IMG/VR virus record: IMGVR_UViG_3300020219_000004
Coordinates: 1-42,276 of that record
Strand: one strand, 5' to 3'
DNA: 42,276 nucleotides
DNA from: a virus
The notes under the pieces were generated by a model, which was given only the letters and a program-made list of their open reading frames with translations, was not told the DNA's origin and did not search any database. The position numbers and the translations under genes are program-made. Shown here in pieces: positions 27,165-33,832 of the stretch. The stretch's first letter is position 1; every line of letters begins with the position of its first letter.

Positions 27165-29716
27165 GTTACTCTCCGTCTTTTATTCTTAACTAAACTGCGT
27201 TCTATAAAAGCATCAAAATCCATACCCAAAGCATTCTTCGTACTAACGGTATTATGCTTACTATCTACAATAATACCAGAACTCTTCCTGGTAGCCGAAG
27301 GTCTCACCCCGCCTGCGGAGTCTGGCCCCATAGAAAAAGATTGCCCAACACGGAAATAAGCCAGCGCATGACAATTACTAACTAAAATACCGTTAGCATA
27401 GTATTCGTGTTCACCTTCAACCGTTAAGTTGTAAACGTTTCTTTTCCCTAAACTTTCGGGCGTGGATACGATTGCTACAGGCTTTTGAACACCACTTATT
27501 ATTTTGTCGCCAATGAGAAGTAACCTTCGTACCACATCCAATACAGTCAAAAATAATTGGTTCTTCCAAATAGAAAGCTTTTTGCGCATTATCTCGTAAG
27601 TGTTGCTTCCCCTTTTTGGATGCCAACCAAGCATGCGATTTGATACGAACCTCGTCCAAGTGTTCCCTGTTCCGCTTGACATATTCTGGGTCGGTAAATC
27701 GCTCCAAGTTATGATGCGTACGGTGTTCGCTATCTTTAATAAGGATGAGATTACCAAGGGAGTTGTTGAGAGGATTGTGGTCTTTGTGATGGACGACAAA
27801 CCCCATGGGGATGCTGCCATTGTGCGATATCCAAAACTCTTGGTGATAACGTTTCCGTCCCTTGCCCCGTTCCGTACTTCCTGAGGTAAAGTAAACTCTA
27901 TCGCTTCTATTTTTTGAATCTGGATATCTACGATATATAACGCCTTGAAAAATAATTGCTTCGGCTTTTGCCATGTTTTAATTCTATCAGAGTATGCCAA
28001 AGCATGCAACTCTACGAAACCTTTTTCTGTAGCCACTTTATGATTAGGTGTAGCAATAAGCTCCGCACCATTACTGAATTTATATTTATTAACTGCCGCG
28101 TTTTTCTTAGTCATCCATGCCCGACTAACCCTCCTGTAACCCTTGCTAGTCAGGGCATAATCACCAACTTGAACATTTTTTATCTTAATATCCCCTCGTA
28201 AAGTTTTAATAAGCGAATCCCCAGAAATGCACCAGTGGTCAGGTTTATTCTCCTTCGTGAGCCATCTAGCCTTAGGGATACCCCTAGTATCAGGCACCAC
28301 TACCCTATATACATTTTCGACATGCTTTATCAAATCCTCTAAATCTTTTGGCTCCTGGAAAAACCTCATCTTCCCACTCGTCACATCAGCTGCCAAAAGG
28401 TCAAAAAGTTTAGTCCTATCAGACTGTAAGACCCCAAAATCCATCCCTTCCTTGCGTTTGCTCACTTCCATGCTCGTAGAATTATCTGGTGAATAATAAT
28501 GCACATAGACGCGTCCAGGGTACTTCCTGGATAATTGTTCGGGAATGGTGAAGTCCGGTAGGGCATCTATTACGGCGGTAGCGTTATACATCGTTATAAG
28601 TCTCTCAATATCCTCCCAGTCGGTAGTCTTCCCATAACTGAATATTCCTGAAGGATTGCCCATCACCCAATGTTTTTCTTTCCCTGAGTCACAGCCTATA
28701 ATCACATCCCGCTTCTCCGCGAGGGCAGGTTGGCAAGCCCGTAAGACAGACTCTCTATTGATAAGAAATTCAGAGGCCTGATAAGGTAAACCGAGAACGA
28801 AGTTATGAAACACCTCAATATTCATAGAAGCCTTCTGCTGTAGAATCTTCCGCGCGCTCACCCAAGGAATCATCAACTGAGACAACCAGTAACCCCTCCG
28901 ACCTATCATATGCCCCTTAACCCACCTCGGCCCCCTTTGAGGGAATCTAGGTAGCCAGCGGCCCTTCTGACGGTCATGCTCCATCAATTCCTCGTTACAT
29001 GACCCACAGGCATAAACTTCCCTCTCCTCATCTATATAGTGATTCTTCTCACCTTTTTCAAAATCCATAAACCACTCATGCCCACAATGCCCGCAGGTAA
29101 CAAACCAGTGCATCTGATCTGAGTCCTGATAAAGCTCATGCACCCCGAAGCCTGGTATGCTCGGATTGCTAAACCTCCAAAACCACCCATAATCAGAAGC
29201 CTGTAGCCTAGACTGATAAACCGTAAGAACCCCCTGGTCACACCTATCATACTCATCGGCCACAATAAGGTCGGCAGTTGTGCTTATCGCTTCTTTTTCA
29301 GTAAACGCTCCCCTAAAATATATCCACCTATCACCAACATTTTTAAGTGAAACCGAGTCATCGCCCTTGACCATCTTCCGTATCTCCGGATTCCTATCAA
29401 TCATCGGATTAACTTTCGGCCTTACGAAATCATTCACAACATTTTTCGTCGGTAAAACGTAAATAACATTTAATTTCAAAAAATTAGCAGCATGGATGCT
29501 TTTTAAGATGGCCGCCACACTCCATCCCACCTGAGCGGACTTCATAATCACCTGGTCTGGGGAAGAGTCAGAATAAGGCTGAAGCATAAATCTATGCTTA
29601 GAAAACTCAAAAAGTTTCTGATTCTCATTTATAAGGTTTGAATCTAACACCCACATAGCGGGGTTAATCATGTGAGTTTTGGCTCTTAGCTCTTCTCTAT
29701 TTAACTCTGGCTCCAT
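27161..29716 (-). CDS. terL: Terminase large subunit (lambda GpA-like), interrupted by an intein
   Basis: Walker A-like KSAQVGWS, Walker B LIVADEYD, and GpA-type zinc ribbon CGHCGHEW...CGSCNEEL. After the intein, the C-extein resumes CHALAYF. Confidence 0.85.
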   Translation of the reverse strand: MEPELNREELRAKTHMINPAMWVLDSNLINENQKLFEFSKHRFMLQPYSDSSPDQVIMKSAQVGWSVAAILKSIHAANFLKLNVIYVLPTKNVVNDFVRPKVNPMIDRNPEIRKMVKGDDSVSLKNVGDRWIYFRGAFTEKEAISTTADLIVADEYDRCDQGVLTVYQSRLQASDYGWFWRFSNPSIPGFGVHELYQDSDQMHWFVTCGHCGHEWFMDFEKGEKNHYIDEEREVYACGSCNEELMEHDRQKGRWLPRFPQRGPRWVKGHMIGRRGYWLSQLMIPWVSARKILQQKASMNIEVFHNFVLGLPYQASEFLINRESVLRACQPALAEKRDVIIGCDSGKEKHWVMGNPSGIFSYGKTTDWEDIERLITMYNATAVIDALPDFTIPEQLSRKYPGRVYVHYYSPDNSTSMEVSKRKEGMDFGVLQSDRTKLFDLLAADVTSGKMRFFQEPKDLEDLIKHVENVYRVVVPDTRGIPKARWLTKENKPDHWCISGDSLIKTLRGDIKIKNVQVGDYALTSKGYRRVSRAWMTKKNAAVNKYKFSNGAELIATPNHKVATEKGFVELHALAYSDRIKTWQKPKQLFFKALYIVDIQIQKIEAIEFTLPQEVRNGARDGNVITKSFGYRTMAASPWGLSSITKTTILSTTPLVISSLLKIANTVRIITWSDLPTQNMSSGTGNTWTRFVSNRMLGWHPKRGSNTYEIMRKKLSIWKNQLFLTVLDVVRRLLLIGDKIISGVQKPVAIVSTPESLGKRNVYNLTVEGEHEYYANGILVSNCHALAYFRVGQSFSMGPDSAGGVRPSATRKSSGIIVDSKHNTVSTKNALGMDFDAFIERSLVKNKRRRVT
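27374..28231 (-). mobile_element. Intein (286 codons, TerL aa 496-781)
   Basis: Block A CISGDSLI, block B ELIATPNHKV, block F VYNLTVEGEHEYYANG, block G ILVSN followed by Cys+1. The penultimate residue is Ser, not His. Confidence 0.8.
27417..27974 (-). CDS. HNH homing endonuclease, encoded inside the intein in a different reading frame
   Basis: 185 aa: YRRYPDS...VVHHKDHNPLNNSLGNLILIKDSEHRTHH plus a C-terminal CIGCG...WCSKACSNR zinc ribbon. Start 27974 is 2 mod 3, while TerL codon starts are 1 mod 3. Confidence 0.8.
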   Translation of the reverse strand: MAKAEAIIFQGVIYRRYPDSKNRSDRVYFTSGSTERGKGRKRYHQEFWISHNGSIPMGFVVHHKDHNPLNNSLGNLILIKDSEHRTHHNLERFTDPEYVKRNREHLDEVRIKSHAWLASKKGKQHLRDNAQKAFYLEEPIIFDCIGCGTKVTSHWRQNNKWCSKACSNRIHARKFREKKRLQLNG

Positions 29717-29723
29717 TTATGTA

Positions 29724-29732
29724 AGTGTATCA
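29724..29732 (-). promoter_or_regulatory. Extended -10 promoter TGATACACT, 7 nt before the TerL ATG (leaderless geometry)
   Basis: Minus strand reads gcaTGATACACTtacataaATGgag. Confidence 0.4.
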
Positions 29733-29734
29733 TG

Positions 29735-30079
29735 CTATACATCTAGGTAGGCTTTGCTTTTTGGATTGCTCTTAGGATAGGGCGAGTAACTACCAGCTCC
29801 ACTGCCATACTTTAGACGGGGGAAGTTCTTTAATGTGTAATGGGCTTCAATCTCTAACTGGGTTTTATGACACGCTGAGTGTGACCATTCATCGTTTGGG
29901 TCGTAATTAGCATAATCACAAGTCGGACAAATTGTGTTCGGGTTCTGTTCGGGTTCTACTTTGTTCGGGTTATGGATAGGTGCTGGATTATCCTCAAAGG
30001 TACGTTTATAGGACATTCTACATTTATCTGAACACCATCTACCCCTGTTGATTGGCTTGGCACAGTTGGTACAAGTCAT
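29735..30079 (-). CDS. Zinc-finger protein
   Basis: 114 aa; N-terminal CTNC...RWCSDKCR zinc ribbon plus a second CPTC...H..CH cluster. Confidence 0.55.
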   Translation of the reverse strand: MTCTNCAKPINRGRWCSDKCRMSYKRTFEDNPAPIHNPNKVEPEQNPNTICPTCDYANYDPNDEWSHSACHKTQLEIEAHYTLKNFPRLKYGSGAGSYSPYPKSNPKSKAYLDV

Positions 30080-30253
30080 CTATCCTCCTTTAATTATGTC
30101 TATACATCGTATAACAAAGGCGAACACCACCACTGTTAAAATAAAAAAAAGAAATATGAAAATGGGAGTGTGTGTGTATGGTGTACTCAGTGAAACTTCG
30201 GGTGGGCGATAGCACCTAATCAGCGTGGCAGGGGTGGGGGTGGGGGTATACCC

Positions 30254-30367
30254 CTGTTATAATACATACCATACCCATGTTAATTCAATCAATCGAACAC
30301 ATCTATCCAGCCCATGCTATGTATATGTATGATGACCTCTGTTATACATACATACTATACCATGTTA
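30254..30367 (+). repeat. Two imperfect ~29-bp direct repeats (30254..30282 and 30339..30367)
   Basis: CTGTTATAATACATACCATACCCATGTTA vs CTGTTATACATACATACTATACCATGTTA. The first copy is preceded by the palindrome GGGGTATACCCC and by G4/G5/G5 runs. Confidence 0.6.
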
Positions 30368-30461
30368 CCACTATTGGTGCACAATGTAGATTGTGCGACG
30401 TGTCAGGGGTCAGAAGCCCTTATTCAGCCTATGCGTAATCGGGTACGCTATATATGGTGTG

Positions 30462-31025
30462 CTAATCCTCTTTAGTTTGGGACATAAGTAGGTCAAGCGT
30501 ATTATCTACTACGGATGATACAGCAGGCTTGTTCGGGTCCAGTTGATTGACCTGGACGAAGGTTGTGTAGTTGTTCCCGGAGGGTTTGGCATCTGTTGAA
30601 TAGCCCATAAGTTTGGCAACTATCTCGGCTGTTTTGACCCTAAACGCTACGTCAGGGAGATCACTTGGTTCAGATTTACCATTGATAATATCAACCCTGT
30701 TAGCTTCTAACCCACTATGAAACACTTCAGCTAGCTTAAACTCATTAACTCCAATCTCTCTTAATGCTTGTTTTACGCCCTGACTCTCTATTACTCTGCT
30801 TGGGTGTTCAGATATTGATTTCTTATAACCTACCGATTTCAATACTTGCCCTAAAGGTTTATTCGTTCGGACATTCTCGACTAAGGCTATGGCAGTTGCT
30901 CTTTGTTTACCTGTTACTATGATTTTCTTTTCTTTTTTAATGACGCGCGATTTGTTTTTAACCACGTTGACCCCTGTTATAGCGTTATTTTGCGACACGC
31001 CATTCTTATAATTAGTTGAGTTCAT
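30462..31025 (-). CDS. terS: Terminase small subunit (putative, HTH-containing)
   Basis: 187 aa upstream of TerL; KQRATAIALVENVRTNKPLGQVLKSVGYKKS looks like a TerS-type HTH. Mainly a positional inference. Confidence 0.45.
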   Translation of the reverse strand: MNSTNYKNGVSQNNAITGVNVVKNKSRVIKKEKKIIVTGKQRATAIALVENVRTNKPLGQVLKSVGYKKSISEHPSRVIESQGVKQALREIGVNEFKLAEVFHSGLEANRVDIINGKSEPSDLPDVAFRVKTAEIVAKLMGYSTDAKPSGNNYTTFVQVNQLDPNKPAVSSVVDNTLDLLMSQTKED

Positions 31026-31030
31026 ATACC

Positions 31031-31261
31031 TTATTTTGGGGCAACCACAGCCGGGGTATCAACCGCTAACTCTAGTTCGCTCATAGTTAGCTCTGTTAGA
31101 TCGTCTTTAAGTGTGAACTGTGTTTTATCTGTCACCGTATAACCTAGGTCCATAGCTATAGTTGAAAGTATCCCGGAGAATATCGCTTGTTGATGATTGC
31201 GAACGAAGTGCAATAGACTTGCTTGGGTGTCTTTTAGCTTATGAGTTTTTGCTTTTGCCAT
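31031..31261 (-). CDS. Hypothetical protein
   Basis: 76-aa ORF, first gene after the divergent promoter region at 31.3 kb. Confidence 0.5.
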   Translation of the reverse strand: MAKAKTHKLKDTQASLLHFVRNHQQAIFSGILSTIAMDLGYTVTDKTQFTLKDDLTELTMSELELAVDTPAVVAPK

Positions 31262-31366
31262 GTGATTTGCTCCCTTTATTGATGTTTATAGTATAACACA
31301 ATGTAATATATACTACATCTAACAGAGGTACAGCACTACTATTATACTCATTATGTATGTAATCTA

Positions 31367-31394
31367 TTGACACCCTATACAATAAGAGTATTAT
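31367..31394 (+). promoter_or_regulatory. Sigma-70-like promoter TTGACA-N16-TATTAT
   Basis: Read directly; drives the plus-strand island 31590..32864 through a ~190-nt leader. Confidence 0.5.
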
Positions 31395-31589
31395 AAGGGA
31401 GTAAGACCGAGAGCGTTAGAGCCTCCGGCAGCTTGAGACACTTACCAGGGCGCAAGTGAAAGCAAGTGGGCAATACTCTTGCATAACACTAAGCGATTAG
31501 CTTGTGCCTACGGTGGGACTTAACAATTCAATCAGATGTAGATTCCTGTATCGTAGATAATCAATAAACTTATAGAAAGGCAACCAACT

Positions 31590-31694
31590 ATGACACCAGA
31601 TGAACTTATTAGGTACCTAAAAGACCACGCACTGAACGATGAAGAAATTGAAACACTCTGCCGTATAGTGATTGAATACGTTGAGGAGGTGTAG
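31590..31694 (+). CDS. Small hypothetical protein (34 aa)
   Basis: MTPDELIRYLKDHALNDEEIETLCRIVIEYVEEV; weak SD (AAAGG). Confidence 0.35.
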   Translation: MTPDELIRYLKDHALNDEEIETLCRIVIEYVEEV

Positions 31695-31700
31695 CCAACT

Positions 31701-32168
31701 ATGAATAACTGGCAAGAATTAACCACCGCACGGAATGGCTACATCCGTAATCTCGCAGCCGAGAACAAGAGAATAAAAACCCTCTCAGAAGAACAGCATG
31801 ATATGATTGGCGATATATGCTCGATGCGACACGAATTGCACATGGGCGGGAATGCATTAGCCAACCCCGAACACAGCGACAATGGCAAAATTAGCTCATA
31901 TCTGTACTGCTCATCAACTGATGGCGATGGACTCATCATGGATACCGCCAAAGCTACAGGTATAGATGGGCTGGATATCTACTTCTGCGATGTCTTGGAA
32001 CTGGCGGACATAGACGGGATAGACGGGGAAGAAGACGGAGACCCAGACGCAGTACAGACTAATTCAGCCGTACTTCGGCGAGTCAATGACACCGTAGAAG
32101 AATGGCTGGCTAGCATTGACCGCGAGCACGGTACATCATATTGCCCAACGGGTGGGCAGAGGATTTAG
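31701..32168 (+). CDS. Strongly acidic early protein
   Basis: 155 aa, GAGGAGG SD, with Asp/Glu/Gly-rich patches (ADIDGIDGEEDGDPD). Confidence 0.6.
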   Translation: MNNWQELTTARNGYIRNLAAENKRIKTLSEEQHDMIGDICSMRHELHMGGNALANPEHSDNGKISSYLYCSSTDGDGLIMDTAKATGIDGLDIYFCDVLELADIDGIDGEEDGDPDAVQTNSAVLRRVNDTVEEWLASIDREHGTSYCPTGGQRI

Positions 32169-32206
32169 CAGCCCCCAAGTAATAATAACTAATAGGAAGG
32201 AACAAT

Positions 32207-32461
32207 ATGACTAATCTAAACAAAGGTGCGGTTATAGCAGTCGTTGTACTGATTGTGACTAACCCGTTGAGCGGTCAGTATATCTGGATTGGATTGGAAG
32301 CCATGTTTACGTGGATATTCCAGCAAAGTGGATATTTTAGTGCCCTAGGTACGCTGTATATGATGGGCTTCATCGCTCATAACATGTACAAAAACCGTGA
32401 ACAGGTCAAAGTGCCTGGTAAGTCTAAAAAGACCGAAGCACAAAAATACTTGCTAACTTAA
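32207..32461 (+). CDS. Membrane protein (two predicted TM helices)
   Basis: 84 aa with GAVIAVVVLIVTNPL and YFSALGTLYMMGFIAHNM hydrophobic segments; AGGAAGGA SD. Confidence 0.55.
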   Translation: MTNLNKGAVIAVVVLIVTNPLSGQYIWIGLEAMFTWIFQQSGYFSALGTLYMMGFIAHNMYKNREQVKVPGKSKKTEAQKYLLT

Positions 32462-32523
32462 TATGGACAGGGTAGCTTCGGGCGAGCTGAAGTCCTGTCC
32501 CAAACTAAAGAAAGGATAACAAT

Positions 32524-32613
32524 ATGGGACACTACGACGAATGTACAGCATCCGAATATCCGTACAACGATGACTGCATTTGCAGTGACATTGACGAATA
32601 TTCAACATTGTAG
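32524..32613 (+). CDS. Small Cys-containing acidic peptide (29 aa)
   Basis: Preceded by a hairpin plus AAACTAAAGAAAGGATAA, the same cassette that precedes 40081..40179. Confidence 0.3.
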   Translation: MGHYDECTASEYPYNDDCICSDIDEYSTL

Positions 32614-32684
32614 ATAAACCACAAACACTGTGTATGCAATAATTGTTATGCGCATTTGGTACAATCAATAATAGGAAGGAGTTT

Positions 32685-32864
32685 ATGAATATAACAATCA
32701 AACGCATCATAGTCAGAGGTACAAAAGGCAAGGAGCGCGACTGGATTGAGCCTGGAACATATAAAATAGTTAGAGAATTCGATAAAAAAAGGTGGTTGAT
32801 CAATGTTGGGGGGAGTAGAGGGTTGACCATAGTACATAAGTACATGGGGATTGTTGGGCATTAG
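32685..32864 (+). CDS. Small basic protein (59 aa)
   Basis: ATG 4 nt after AGGAAGGAG. The ORF track extends it to 32643, but that start has no SD. Confidence 0.5.
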   Translation: MNITIKRIIVRGTKGKERDWIEPGTYKIVREFDKKRWLINVGGSRGLTIVHKYMGIVGH

Positions 32865-32886
32865 GTTGGGTTTGGTCGGTGTTTAG

Positions 32887-32912
32887 AAGAGGGTTAATAG
32901 CCCTCTTTTTTT
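32887..32912. terminator. Bidirectional intrinsic terminator at a convergent gene junction
   Basis: AAGAGGG-ttaatag-CCCTCTT followed by a T-run, between the plus-strand island end (32864) and the minus-strand gene end (32894). Confidence 0.6.
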
Positions 32913-33076
32913 ATTTTTATACCACAATCTTTTAATCTTTTTACATAAAATGCCATGCGCTTATCATATCCACCAGAGGGTTCTCCCCCACTAGCTTTAA
33001 TTTCTTTGACGCTCTTTATGCCTGATAAACAATAACTGATGGTTGTTTCTTTGGTCCAGCCATTAAATTTAGCCAT
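32894..33076 (-). CDS. Hypothetical protein
   Basis: 60-aa ORF. Confidence 0.5.
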   Translation of the reverse strand: MAKFNGWTKETTISYCLSGIKSVKEIKASGGEPSGGYDKRMAFYVKRLKDCGIKIKKEGY

Positions 33077-33099
33077 ATTATCATACTTCTTGAAATAAA

Positions 33100-33414
33100 C
33101 TAAGAGAATTCGGCAAGTTGGGCGGGCGTGAAATAGTCTAACGCTTGCTCTGGATAGGCAAGTATAAAATCACGTGAGGGCTTGCCATTACTCCATGGTT
33201 GGATTAAGTCTTTTTGGTGATCTTCTCTATCCCTATCACGCAAGTACTGAGCGGACAGAGGCGAGGCTTGCCGGTTTAATTTATCCCTACACTCTCTGCA
33301 ACCTTGACCGAATACATTATTAAGAATGACAGCTGTGGTCGGTTTTTTTTTATGACAGAAGTCACATTTTATAATTGTTTTAATTTTATATCTCGTTCTT
33401 TCATAGCGTTTAAT
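33100..33414 (-). CDS. Four-Cys zinc-ribbon protein with no canonical start codon (open frame given; true start unknown)
   Basis: Hand translation gives ...KCDFCHKKKPTTAVILNNVFGQGCRECRDKLNRQASPLSAQYLRDRDREDHQKDLIQPWSNGKPSRDFILAYPEQALDYFTPAQLAEFS-stop. There is no ATG/GTG/TTG upstream of the CxxC. The frame is -1 relative to the upstream ORF, which it overlaps. Confidence 0.4.
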   Translation of the reverse strand: MKRYERTRYKIKTIIKCDFCHKKKPTTAVILNNVFGQGCRECRDKLNRQASPLSAQYLRDRDREDHQKDLIQPWSNGKPSRDFILAYPEQALDYFTPAQLAEFS

Positions 33415-33632
33415 CTATGTTGGTCGGGAGTTGGGCGCATTATTGAGCCTGATTGTGTGGTGAGGTCAATAGGTATATTTCTAGTTACTTGGTGACGTTC
33501 GGGTCGGACTACACCGGACTGTGAGGCTTGTTTGCGCTCGCTGTAGTCGTCAAAGACTGTTTTGAGCATGGTGTAGACCTTTTGAGCGTAAAAGCCCGTT
33601 AAAAGCCCTACAATGAGCCATAAAGGGGTCAT
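33369..33632 (-). CDS. Membrane-anchored hypothetical protein
   Basis: 87 aa with N-terminal TM helix PLWLIVGLLTGFYA. Confidence 0.5.
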   Translation of the reverse strand: MTPLWLIVGLLTGFYAQKVYTMLKTVFDDYSERKQASQSGVVRPERHQVTRNIPIDLTTQSGSIMRPTPDQHRLNAMKERDIKLKQL

Positions 33633-33832
33633 TGTTCTATAACTTTCATGCCATTTTTGGGGTCGCCCCTAAAAGCCATAACAACACAGTCTTTTATGCC
33701 CATTTGATTTAATTCGTGAAACAAAAGCTGGGCATCTGTATTAGATACCATACGAGTATCAAGCCCAATAATATATTTCTTACCAGCTTCTAACTTAAAA
33801 ACTTCTGCGTTTACTAATTTAATTTTAGTCAT
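33629..33832 (-). CDS. Hypothetical protein
   Basis: 67-aa ORF, overlap-coupled to the GroEL-like gene. Confidence 0.5.
   Translation of the reverse strand: MTKIKLVNAEVFKLEAGKKYIIGLDTRMVSNTDAQLLFHELNQMGIKDCVVMAFRGDPKNGMKVIEQ

Noticed and set aside
30227-30246. G-quadruplex in GGCAGGGGTGGGGGTGGGGG
   Set aside because: Only three G-runs have three or more G (plus one GG), so a canonical three-tetrad G4 is not supported. It is retained only as part of the description of the repeat-rich intergenic region.
32453-32861. Minus-strand ORFs 32453..32845 and 32646..32861
   Set aside because: They overlap plus-strand genes that have strong SD sequences and a shared terminator. Their translations are low-quality (Leu/Ser/Cys/Pro-rich) and lack SD sequences.
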